Of a stretch of DNA of 44,314 bases, positions 11,416 to 19,998 are shown piece after piece (position 1 is the first letter of the stretch; each line of letters begins with the position of its first letter). The notes beneath the pieces are model-generated. The model made no database searches. It was not told the origin of the DNA and saw only the letters and a program-made list of their open reading frames with translations. Both the position numbers and the translations under genes were made by a program. The stretch is from a virus. Lineage: Duplodnaviria > Heunggongvirae > Uroviricota > Caudoviricetes. The DNA lies in IMG/VR virus record IMGVR_UViG_2579778807_000004. One strand, given 5' to 3'.

Positions 11416-11745
11416 CTATGCCACGACCTGTTCAAAATCTGCCGTTATGGTTACCCACAACGCCCCCACGCTTGCCGACCATTTACGACAAACCACCCTG
11501 ATCGGCTTCCAGTCATAAGGTGGCGTCCACTGAAATGCGCGGACGCCACCGTGCCGTTCCAGAAAGGCTTTTAAAGATGGGTGTTCACATTTACGAACAC
11601 GTATCGTCACGCTGTAAGTCGACAACTGGTTATTCAGTCCCGCCGCACGACGCTGTTCATAGCCATCGCCCAGCTTCACTGTCACCACTTTCGGCTCTGA
11701 TACCACATTCATATCCGGGCGCACTTTCCAGTGAAACGTCTCCAT
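11416..11745 (-). CDS. M: Minor tail protein M
   Basis: 109 aa, position between H and L, lambda M-like. Confidence 0.85.
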   Translation of the reverse strand: METFHWKVRPDMNVVSEPKVVTVKLGDGYEQRRAAGLNNQLSTYSVTIRVRKCEHPSLKAFLERHGGVRAFQWTPPYDWKPIRVVCRKWSASVGALWVTITADFEQVVA

Positions 11746-14700
11746 TACCGATATGCTCCACTTAACCGACCACCATCACGGGCCTGCTGTTGCATAAAGT
11801 CCGCTGCCGCTTTTTTCCCAAGGTCATAAACCACCTTCAGGGCAGCCGGACCTATCTGCCCGTTCGTGCCATCGTTATTGATCTCGATGTTGTACTGCGG
11901 GGCAAACATCGCCATACCTGAACCACCAATATCCGCCACAACCCCCAGCTTACCGTCAGCACCACGACGCAGTGGCAGAATGGCTTCAGGTCCAGCTTCC
12001 CCCATCACACCCGCGCCTTTTGCAAAAGCAAAAAACGTCGGACGGTTAACCACCGTGCCACTGTAACGACTCAAATCAGCAGACTGATAAATCCCCCCAT
12101 TGGCATTCAGGGAAAGGCTGCTGAGATCAAATCCCAGTACACTGCCAATCCCTTTTATCGATTTCATCATGGTTGCCTGCGCCAGGATTTTCGCCATATC
12201 TGACAGCACAGAAGAGGTGAAGGATTTGAAATTGAGTTTGCCGGTAGTGACAAAAGTTGCCAGGCCATTTCCCATGTTGCTGAAGGCTGACGAGAACACC
12301 TGTTCTGCTGTTTCTGCCGTATTATCTGCATCCACGGTAAAATCCTGAAATGCACGCAGGACTCCGTTTTTCCAGTTACCCTGCACAACTTCAAGCTGTT
12401 GCCAGTAACGGCGATTCTCATTCAGTTGTCGGTTCAGGCTCTCCGTCAGCGCCTGCTCGGCCTTTCTGTAGTCATCCGTGTTATATGTCCCTTTCTGCTC
12501 ACTATCCCGCCTCAACTGCTCCAGCTGTTGCTGGTATTTCTGGCGAAGACTCAGTTGTACCTGATATCGCTGTCGCTGCTGATCACCCATACCCACCGTG
12601 GCGATATCCAGGTCATGTTGCTGACGCTGAGCGCGCTCTTCTTCAGCCAGTTGACTGGTCAGCTGAATTGTTTTTTTCTTCAGCTCGTTGAGTGCCGTCT
12701 GTTTCTGAAGCTCCTGCTGTTTTACATCCAGCAGCGTCAGTGCCTGAATCAGTTCATCTTTACGGGCCAGCACACTCTTTTCATCTGCCGTCAGTTTTTT
12801 CCCGTCCAGGTCGCTGATGCGCTGCTGCAGAGCCAGAAGCTGTTTATGCGCTTCTGTCATCCTTTCCGTGGCAATGCCTGCTGACTGTCTGGCAGCAGCA
12901 ATCTGTCCTTCCACCTGTGCCTGTTGCTGACTGTACTGCAGCAATAACCGGGTGGCCTCATCATTACGGGTTTCGCGTGTTTTTTTCTTACCGGATGCCA
13001 CGGCTTTCTCGTAACGTTCATTTTCACGTTGTATCGCCGCATCCCTGACAGCCTGATCGGCGTACTGCATGGCATTAATACGCGCAATTTCACGCTGATG
13101 TCGTGCTGCTTCCGTTTCATTCATCCGGTTCAGTGCAGCATTTTCAGCATTACGGCGTTTCTGTTGCTCCTGATAATTCCGCTCTGCCTGCTCTTTTGCA
13201 TCCTGCAAATCCTTCTGGCGTTTTTTCTCCTGAAGATCGTTAAGACGCTGCTGATCGTATTCAACCTGAGAAGATGATGCCGTCCAGGGGAGTCTTTTCG
13301 CCCGCGACACTTTCTCCTGTAAAGCGGCAATCTGTTCATCCAGCGAGTCTTCACGACCAATATTCATGGCCGCATCCCAGAAACGACTCCACAAATCAGA
13401 CAGATACTTCAGCGTACTGCCAAGCGCATTGAGGTTATTATCAATATCCGCAGTACGCCGACCGGTTTCCTCTGCCAGTGCAGACATGGCTATCCGTGCA
13501 GCATCACTGGACCGCCCCTGCTCCCCAAGGACGCGTATCTGCTCAAGCTGAGTGGCAGTAAGAAAATGCAGCTCATTGTCCAGAGCCTTCGCGGCATTTA
13601 CAGGATCATCCTTCAGCCGCTTAAACTGATTTATGGTATCGCTGACCGACTGGCCAACCGATCGCTCCATCTGTGCGGCAGCTCTCGCCACCATACCGAT
13701 ATCGTTTCCACGAAATGCACCACTCCCCACCACCTGAGCCAGCGCACCGGCTGCAGCATGTTGCGTGATACCATTCCCGGAAATAGCACGACTGAGCGTC
13801 CACAGCTGCCCGGCAGTGACTCCGGCATAATGCCCCGTCAGCGACAACTGGCGGTTAAATTCTTCCCCCTCCTTCTGACCGTCATACCAGGCTTTACCCA
13901 GACCATAGACGGCCGCGGCAATACCGCCAATAACCCCGCCAAGCATCATGCCTTTCGGTGACATCAGTGTGTCTATCCATCCGGCACGGTTAGCCAGCGT
14001 TATCCCGGATCCCCTCAGCGCCCCTAAATTGCCGCGGGCCAGTTCACCTATCAGAACGCCTATCTCCTGGCGGGCTGCTGCACTTTTCAGACCCAGCGAA
14101 TGCGTGGCTTTTCCTGCCTGCTCCATTTTGCGGATATACACTTCTGCAGCACTGCTTACCCCCAGCTGGGCTGCCTTAGCACGAAGCAACTCAGAAGATG
14201 AAAGATTCAGGCGGGTTGCCTGCTCTTTAAGCTGACGGATAAACGCCACTTTCTGTCGGGTAGCCTCTTCCTCAGCCTGTGTAAGAACACGGGTTTTCGC
14301 AGTAACCTCAGAAATCAGCGCCAGATAATCCTGCTGACCAATCCCGCCACTGTTTCTGGCCTGTCGGATCTGCTGCTGAATACGCTGTAATTCCTGCAGC
14401 CCCGCACTGGCCTGTTTCACACTGTCAATCTGACGATAAAACGCAGCAGCCGCTTTATCCTGAGCCTCCGCCAGAGCCATGGCCTGCGCCTGTTCCTCGC
14501 GCATTTTCTGGCTCAGTGCCTCCATGCGCTGGCGGGTTTTCTCCACCTCGCGGGCCATGCGTTCATGAGCCTGTGCGTTCTTCTCCACCGTCTGCGCATG
14601 GACGGATGCGGCTGTTGCAGCCGAAGAAGCCGCCTGCGTTGTCTGCCGGGCGGCCTGAGTCTGACGCTCCATAAAACGCTGCATACGGGCAGAAGACCGT

Positions 14701-14810
14701 TCTGCATCGCTGGCTGCACCATTCAGAAGGTTTTTGATACGGGGAATTTCATTTTTAAACTCTGCCGCATCAATCCCCAAATCAATGACCAGGTTGGCTA
14801 TCTGGTCCAT
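11745..14810 (-). CDS. H: Tail tape measure protein (H-like, ~1020 aa, longer than the remembered 853-aa lambda H)
   Basis: Coiled-coil-rich; C-terminus NDGTNGQIGPAALKVVYD...RDGG matches lambda H C-terminus; start set at internal ATG (MDQIANLVIDLGID, cf. lambda MAEPVGDLVVDLSLD); ORF track extends to 14840. Confidence 0.88.
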   Translation of the reverse strand: MDQIANLVIDLGIDAAEFKNEIPRIKNLLNGAASDAERSSARMQRFMERQTQAARQTTQAASSAATAASVHAQTVEKNAQAHERMAREVEKTRQRMEALSQKMREEQAQAMALAEAQDKAAAAFYRQIDSVKQASAGLQELQRIQQQIRQARNSGGIGQQDYLALISEVTAKTRVLTQAEEEATRQKVAFIRQLKEQATRLNLSSSELLRAKAAQLGVSSAAEVYIRKMEQAGKATHSLGLKSAAARQEIGVLIGELARGNLGALRGSGITLANRAGWIDTLMSPKGMMLGGVIGGIAAAVYGLGKAWYDGQKEGEEFNRQLSLTGHYAGVTAGQLWTLSRAISGNGITQHAAAGALAQVVGSGAFRGNDIGMVARAAAQMERSVGQSVSDTINQFKRLKDDPVNAAKALDNELHFLTATQLEQIRVLGEQGRSSDAARIAMSALAEETGRRTADIDNNLNALGSTLKYLSDLWSRFWDAAMNIGREDSLDEQIAALQEKVSRAKRLPWTASSSQVEYDQQRLNDLQEKKRQKDLQDAKEQAERNYQEQQKRRNAENAALNRMNETEAARHQREIARINAMQYADQAVRDAAIQRENERYEKAVASGKKKTRETRNDEATRLLLQYSQQQAQVEGQIAAARQSAGIATERMTEAHKQLLALQQRISDLDGKKLTADEKSVLARKDELIQALTLLDVKQQELQKQTALNELKKKTIQLTSQLAEEERAQRQQHDLDIATVGMGDQQRQRYQVQLSLRQKYQQQLEQLRRDSEQKGTYNTDDYRKAEQALTESLNRQLNENRRYWQQLEVVQGNWKNGVLRAFQDFTVDADNTAETAEQVFSSAFSNMGNGLATFVTTGKLNFKSFTSSVLSDMAKILAQATMMKSIKGIGSVLGFDLSSLSLNANGGIYQSADLSRYSGTVVNRPTFFAFAKGAGVMGEAGPEAILPLRRGADGKLGVVADIGGSGMAMFAPQYNIEINNDGTNGQIGPAALKVVYDLGKKAAADFMQQQARDGGRLSGAYR

Positions 14811-15509
14811 AACGCACACCTCCGGAAATACCTTCCCCAAGATGCATCAGTTCTTCGTCCGTTCGCTCCGGTATCCCGTTCTCTTCCGGTAAAAGGCTGA
14901 AATCAGCCACCGCAGCATCACTGCTGCCGGACACCATTCTCACGATCAATGCCTTCAGCGAGGCAAACTGCGCATCCATCCACACATCACTGAAGCTCTG
15001 CATCCGGAAATAATCGCCCCACTCACCAAGCTCAGTGGCCGACATTTCCGACAGCATCCGCCGCCAGTCTGCCCGCCGGAACTCCCGGGCAAGCCGCATG
15101 ACAAACTGCATTTCCCGCGTCAGGACTTTTCCGGCGTCAGCACCTCATGCTCCAAATCCCCGGCATTCTCAATGGCCCCCATACCGCTCAGCGACAGAAC
15201 CATCTCCGCCCCCGCACCCAGGGCATCATACGACCATGTTGTAATAACGGATGCGCAAAGCGTCTCTACATCCTTAGACTGATCCGCATTCCACAGTGAG
15301 CGGGAAACCAGCCAGGCATTGATATCCATCCCCATCCGCAGAAAAGCAATCTGTCGTTCAGCCTCCGGCAGTTCTCCCTCTTCGGCATCAAACTTTGCCG
15401 TTCGCTGCTGAACAAACGCCAGATATTCAATTCTCTGCAGCCCGGACAGCTCACTGAGCACCACGGACTGCTTTTCATAATTAAACGAGCCCTGTTTCAG
15501 AAACATCAT
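14782..15509 (-). CDS. Tail assembly chaperone G-T fusion made by programmed -1 ribosomal frameshift near the 3' end of G
   Basis: T-frame ORF 14782-15111 overlaps the end of G in the -1 frame; the only window between the upstream -1-frame stop and the G stop contains GGAAAAG, a near-match to lambda's GGGAAAG slippery site. Confidence 0.6.
15120..15509 (-). CDS. G: Tail assembly chaperone G
   Basis: Position between V and H; MFLK...LSELS.LQRIE.LA resembles lambda G; start at ATGATG preceded by GGTGGAG; ORF-track start at 15548 is a TTG. Confidence 0.8.
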   Translation of the reverse strand: MMFLKQGSFNYEKQSVVLSELSGLQRIEYLAFVQQRTAKFDAEEGELPEAERQIAFLRMGMDINAWLVSRSLWNADQSKDVETLCASVITTWSYDALGAGAEMVLSLSGMGAIENAGDLEHEVLTPEKS

Positions 15510-15520
15510 GTTCTCCACCT

Positions 15521-15546
15521 GCAAAAAAGCCCCGGATAACCGGGGC
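15521..15546 (-). terminator. Intrinsic terminator/attenuator between major tail gene V and G
   Basis: Minus-strand hairpin GCCCCGG-TTAT-CCGGGGC followed by TTTTTTGC, just upstream of the G ribosome-binding site. Confidence 0.5.
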
Positions 15547-15566
15547 AAATGATGAGTATCGTCCTG

Positions 15567-16310
15567 TTAACCTGCGGCGCTGACAGCCACCGCAGCCACG
15601 GCCACAAAATCGCCGTCAGAAGTCATGCCCACAATGCTGACACTGCCCTGCTTCACGCCTTTCACCGTGGCCACAAGCCCGTTCAGGGTCACCGTGGCAG
15701 TCTGTGGATCTGTCGAATGCACACTGATCGCTTTGTCACTGGCTCCGTCAGGTTTTACTGTAAAGGTCAGCGTGGTGGTTGCTCCCACTTTTACACTGGC
15801 AGATGCCGGTGCCACCGTCAGCCCGGTAACGCTCACTGTTTCAGTGCCTTCCTCTGCCAGATACGGACGCCCCACACCGCTGATTTTCACTGTGCGGGTC
15901 ATCACGTCTTTTGAGGCAATGGTTTTACCCAGTGAGCTCAGCCAGCCACGGAAAACATCAACAGTGCCGTTGGGATATTTGATACGAAACGCGCAGACTT
16001 CACCGGAGTCGAACAACTGAACCAGTTTTTTCTGCCCGCTGTCACCCGGACGCCAGGCCAGCGTCGCCGAAGTATCACCGACGGATTTCTGCCCCTGGGT
16101 TGTCGTTTTCCAGTCTGCATCTTCATCATCGAGATAAGTGTCATCTTCTGCATCAGCGGTCATTTCGCCAGGTTGCAGATCCTTCACCATCGCAAGACGC
16201 AGCCAGTCAGTGTCCGATAAAGGGTTCGCAAACGCATCGCCCTTGCCGGTGTACATCCAGAACGTCGTTCCCGCACCTTTCGTTTTTGCCAGTGGATTTG
16301 GTGTGGTCAT
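15567..16310 (-). CDS. V: Major tail protein V with C-terminal Ig-like domain
   Basis: P.NP..K.KGAGTT.W.Y.G.GD..ANPLSD.DW.RLA.VKDL.PGE.TA...DD.YLDDEDADW matches lambda V; start at ATG with AAGGAGGT ribosome-binding site (track start 16316 is GTG). Confidence 0.92.
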   Translation of the reverse strand: MTTPNPLAKTKGAGTTFWMYTGKGDAFANPLSDTDWLRLAMVKDLQPGEMTADAEDDTYLDDEDADWKTTTQGQKSVGDTSATLAWRPGDSGQKKLVQLFDSGEVCAFRIKYPNGTVDVFRGWLSSLGKTIASKDVMTRTVKISGVGRPYLAEEGTETVSVTGLTVAPASASVKVGATTTLTFTVKPDGASDKAISVHSTDPQTATVTLNGLVATVKGVKQGSVSIVGMTSDGDFVAVAAVAVSAAG

Positions 16311-16321
16311 TGCCACCTCCT

Positions 16322-16723
16322 TTAATTCGTGTACGTGATCTGGTACGTGATTTCCGCCATCGCCCAGGTGGCCATCTCATTATCACGTTGATAGTTAAAA
16401 CCGAGAGGGATCAGGGTGTCGATGAGTCCGGAAAGTGCCGGTATATCATTCAGAGCCGGGAAAATGGTGCTCTCCATCCACATATCCAGCTCTGAATCCG
16501 GTGCCTGTGCCCGGATGAAGACAGCAATATGCAGAACAGCCTGCCAGTCATCTTCATCCGTCATTTTTCCGGTGTACTGAGCATCACTCAGCCACACCGC
16601 CACGGCAGGCAGTTCCTGCGCATCAATAAATGCCGGAAGCCCGTCAAAAAACGTGGCGCTGTCTCCACACTGTTCCCGAAGGCGTGCCAGTACGGCCTGG
16701 CGGATTTGTGTATGTCGGTTCAT
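16322..16723 (-). CDS. U: Tail terminator protein U
   Basis: ...ATFFDG.PA..D...PAVAV.L..A.YTG...D...Q...H... matches lambda U; start at Met5, ATGA overlap with Z stop. Confidence 0.88.
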   Translation of the reverse strand: MNRHTQIRQAVLARLREQCGDSATFFDGLPAFIDAQELPAVAVWLSDAQYTGKMTDEDDWQAVLHIAVFIRAQAPDSELDMWMESTIFPALNDIPALSGLIDTLIPLGFNYQRDNEMATWAMAEITYQITYTN

Positions 16724-17298
16724 CGGGTCAGCCATAACCTCAGTTGTTGTTTCAGTGCATACCCCAGCTGTTTCGGCATTTCCGCAGCAATAATACGGTC
16801 GCGGGCATCTTCAAATGCCTGTGTCAGCGGTCCGGACAGCGGGACTTTCACCACATCAATGGGGTAACGATTTTTGCCATCAATACGCCGCATCACATGC
16901 CAGCGACCATTCGCCAGTTGCTGAATAAACGCATCCCGGAAAAGATATTTACCCACCTTCAGCACACTGCCACGGTACTGCAGTTTTCCACCACGCCGGG
17001 CCAGTCTGACCCGGGCTGTCCCCAGCTTAATAGCGGGCAGATTGCCCCGGTTAACGCGGATCCTGGCCGTCATTTTTCCTGACGGACTGGCTTTAAACAT
17101 CCGGACACGCTGACGTACCAGTTTCAGGGGGATCCCTTTCACCTGGTTATCTCCCGCAACGGTATTCCCGGCAACCTGCCGGGTGGCGACCGAGACCGCT
17201 TTCTGTGCCACACGGTTTATCGCCCATGCGCTGGCCTGTGGCACCATACGGGTATCAAGGCTGTTCAGATTACGGATGGCATTCTCAAGCCCCTTCAT
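16720..17298 (-). CDS. Z: Tail completion protein Z
   Basis: 192 aa, position and length as lambda Z; AGAGGTG ribosome-binding site. Confidence 0.8.
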   Translation of the reverse strand: MKGLENAIRNLNSLDTRMVPQASAWAINRVAQKAVSVATRQVAGNTVAGDNQVKGIPLKLVRQRVRMFKASPSGKMTARIRVNRGNLPAIKLGTARVRLARRGGKLQYRGSVLKVGKYLFRDAFIQQLANGRWHVMRRIDGKNRYPIDVVKVPLSGPLTQAFEDARDRIIAAEMPKQLGYALKQQLRLWLTR

Positions 17299-17309
17299 CC
17301 CACACCTCT

Positions 17310-17585
17310 TTACTCAATAAAGATCATTGGCTTACCGTTAAAACGTTCATGCCGTGTGACCGTCCATTGTTGTCCGTCATAAACAACGCGATCCCCGCGC
17401 CGTGGGCGGTATCCCGAAGAAAACACCACCAGAGAGACCGCAGGTCCGGACAGAGCATTCAGCTCTGCCAGTGTTTCTCCCGGGATCACAGTCATATCGG
17501 CATCATTAATCGAGGCTGTCTTTCCCATCTTTCTGACCGTGATCGCATCCATACGCGCTGCCAGCCGGGAAAAGGGATCAGACAT
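17310..17585 (-). CDS. Putative head-tail joining / head closure protein (FII-position)
   Basis: Position between capsid-associated genes and Z; 91 aa; sequence not lambda FII. Confidence 0.5.
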   Translation of the reverse strand: MSDPFSRLAARMDAITVRKMGKTASINDADMTVIPGETLAELNALSGPAVSLVVFSSGYRPRRGDRVVYDGQQWTVTRHERFNGKPMIFIE

Positions 17586-17901
17586 TGAGTTTTACCGGCA
17601 CTTCTTCTGCACTGGTTCCGGCATCTGCCCAGACAACCCCGACCAGCGGATCAGAGCCGCTGTTAGTCAGCTGAACTTTTCCGGACTTCAGATAAACCTT
17701 CTTACCCGTTTTCATGTCATCCGTTTTCAGCTTAGACAGCATAAACACACCTTCGGTCATGCCGTCGCCTGTTTCACCCTGTGGAATATCGGTCAGCGCC
17801 ACCGCAAAAACATCACCCACCTGCACCAGATCTCCGCTGCTGATGGCTGCACTGGCAACAATCGCCACCGTTTTTCCTTCTTCTACAAAATTCTTTGCCA
17901 T
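17578..17901 (-). CDS. DUF2190-like capsid-associated protein (possible decoration/cement protein)
   Basis: MAKNFVEEGKTVAIVASAAISSGDLV... pattern; start at internal ATG with GGAGA ribosome-binding site; immediately downstream of the capsid gene. Confidence 0.55.
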   Translation of the reverse strand: MAKNFVEEGKTVAIVASAAISSGDLVQVGDVFAVALTDIPQGETGDGMTEGVFMLSKLKTDDMKTGKKVYLKSGKVQLTNSGSDPLVGVVWADAGTSAEEVPVKLNV

Positions 17902-17913
17902 AACTGTCTCCGC

Positions 17914-17970
17914 ACAGCCCCGTTCAGGGGCTGATTTCAGGTACAAAAAAAGCCCTTACGGGCCATCAGA
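17914..17970 (-). terminator. Intrinsic terminator (plus a second hairpin) immediately downstream of the major capsid gene
   Basis: Minus-strand GCCCGTAAGGGC followed by TTTTTTT, then hairpin CAGCCCCTGAACGGGGCTG. Confidence 0.5.
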
Positions 17971-17987
17971 GTTGTTGTCTGCGACGT

Positions 17988-19946
17988 TTACGCCGTACAT
18001 TTCACCAGACCGCGGTGATCAACTGGCGCGACACCGGCGTCAATACGCACTTTCGTTGTCACGCCATCCACACTGAAGCCCTCCATCTGATCAATATATG
18101 GCGTATCCACACCGTTGAGATAAGCCACTTCAATCGTATCGGAGCCTTTTGACGCAGCCAGGTAGAAGGTGGTCTGGCTGTTATCATCAAGACGAGGCTC
18201 TGCAATAACGGTCGCAAAATCTTTCACCGGGTTAATAATACCGGCGTTAATGTCAGCCCCCTTGACACTTGAGGAGCGAATGACCTGGTTAGCAACAGAC
18301 TCCATCGCCGTCGGTACCAGTACGAACGCAGGACGAATATTCAGATGACGCTCCCCCTCTTTCTGAACGCGCATCAACTGGCGGGCTTTATCCAGCGATG
18401 CCACGTCCATTGCAGCGCTCTCCAGTACGTTTGCATGTTTCGCTTTATCGAACAGACTTACATTATCTGTGGAGATTTTCGGGTTAGACGTCAGAATGGC
18501 ATAAACCAGATCGGCAATAGTGGATTTCGCCGCACGGCCCAGCTTCATCGGGACATCGGTCAGCATATTCAGATCATCATTGATAATGGCCTGACGGGTG
18601 ATACTGAACAGCTCGCCATAGGTCGCCAGTGCAATAGTGGCCTGTTTATCTCCGGTGGTGACGTATTTATATTCCGCCCCTTCACGCACCTGACGCAGAG
18701 CACTGAAGCCCCCCATACCCACACGATGGGCAATTTTAAAATCAGACAACTGACCTTTCCGCGTCCACTGTTCATAGGTTTCAGGGGCATCTTCCCAGCC
18801 CTGCAGAATGGCTTTGTTCGCAACATCCAGCAGAATATTACCGAAGTCAGACGTACTGTGTGTGAACGCCGCACCGACCATCTGCATCGGGTTATAACCG
18901 GAAACCCCAATACCCCGTTCAGTCAGTGACATACGGGCATATTCACGCAGGGTCATCCCGTTGTAGACATTATCACGTTCGGTTTTTTCAAATCCGGCAC
19001 GCGCCATCAGCGCCTGGCGGATCCCGTCCCCCACAAAATTACCGTTACCGGCATAAATATGAGCCGGGGTATTTTTATTGGATGGCGTGGACTCGCGCCC
19101 CATCTCGTTCAACAACTTTTCGCGGGCCTGCTCCAGCGAACATTCAGGATCGGCAAGACACTGGGCCTGCAGCGTCTGATAACGCCCGCCAAACATGGCA
19201 AACAGATCATTAATACCGTTTACACGCGCTTTTTGCTCTGCCAGTACCTGCGCACGGATACTGTTTTCATCCACCACGGGTGCTGCTGCCTGCACTGGCG
19301 TCCGGGAGGCTGCAGGTTCATCATCCTGTACGCGTGGAGCACTGTTGCGTGGCGGAGTAATCATGTTTCGAATGGATTCCGGCATCTTTTTAAATTCCTC
19401 TGTACGTTTTGACTGAATACATGCCATTGCCTTAACGGCTGGCGTTACCTGATCAGCAAATCCATGTGCCAGACATTCGGCACCGGACATCCAGGTCTCA
19501 TCCGCCAGCATGGCAGCAATTTCATCGGTGGTTTTCCCGGTTTTCTGTGCATAAGCGGGTAACAGAACCGCCTCAACTTTATCGAGCAGGTCGGCATAGG
19601 TGCGCATGTCCTCCGCATCACCGCCCGTAAAGCCAAATGGTTTATGAATCATCATGAAGGTGTTTTCCGGCATAATGACCGGGGTTCCCACCATCGCAAT
19701 GACCGACGCCATTGACGCCGCCACACCGTCGACATAAACGGTAATGGACGCACCATGTGTTTTCAGCGCATTAAAAATGGCGATGCCTTCAAAGACATCG
19801 CCACCCGGTGAATTAATATGGAGATTAATGTGGGTGATATCGCCCAGTGCATTCAGATCACTGATAAACTGCTTCGCTGTAACACCCCAGAAACCAATCT
19901 CGTCATAAATATAAATATCCGCGTCACTCTGGTGACCAGCCTGCAT
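17988..19946 (-). CDS. Prohead protease (ClpP-like) / scaffold / major capsid protein fusion
   Basis: N-terminal ClpP-like motifs (IYIYDEIGFWG...HINSPGGDVFEG...SMASVI) then Pro/Ala-rich linker, then ~330 aa capsid-like C-terminal region; no separate capsid gene in the head module; start set at Met88 of track ORF because upstream codons overlap the portal gene. Confidence 0.75.
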   Translation of the reverse strand: MQAGHQSDADIYIYDEIGFWGVTAKQFISDLNALGDITHINLHINSPGGDVFEGIAIFNALKTHGASITVYVDGVAASMASVIAMVGTPVIMPENTFMMIHKPFGFTGGDAEDMRTYADLLDKVEAVLLPAYAQKTGKTTDEIAAMLADETWMSGAECLAHGFADQVTPAVKAMACIQSKRTEEFKKMPESIRNMITPPRNSAPRVQDDEPAASRTPVQAAAPVVDENSIRAQVLAEQKARVNGINDLFAMFGGRYQTLQAQCLADPECSLEQAREKLLNEMGRESTPSNKNTPAHIYAGNGNFVGDGIRQALMARAGFEKTERDNVYNGMTLREYARMSLTERGIGVSGYNPMQMVGAAFTHSTSDFGNILLDVANKAILQGWEDAPETYEQWTRKGQLSDFKIAHRVGMGGFSALRQVREGAEYKYVTTGDKQATIALATYGELFSITRQAIINDDLNMLTDVPMKLGRAAKSTIADLVYAILTSNPKISTDNVSLFDKAKHANVLESAAMDVASLDKARQLMRVQKEGERHLNIRPAFVLVPTAMESVANQVIRSSSVKGADINAGIINPVKDFATVIAEPRLDDNSQTTFYLAASKGSDTIEVAYLNGVDTPYIDQMEGFSVDGVTTKVRIDAGVAPVDHRGLVKCTA

Positions 19947-19998
19947 CCTGAACCAGGAATTATTCTTCGGACTGGTCGTCGGTGTGCTGCGGCTCCTG

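Noticed and set aside
12399-12884. 161-aa + strand ORF and other short ORFs within the tape measure gene
   Set aside because: Antisense to H; Leu/Gln-rich translation mirrors the coiled-coil coding strand.
15548-16316. Track ORF starts for G (15548) and V (16316)
   Set aside because: By my reading these are TTG and GTG codons; internal ATGs with good ribosome-binding sites and lambda alignment give better starts (15509, 16310).
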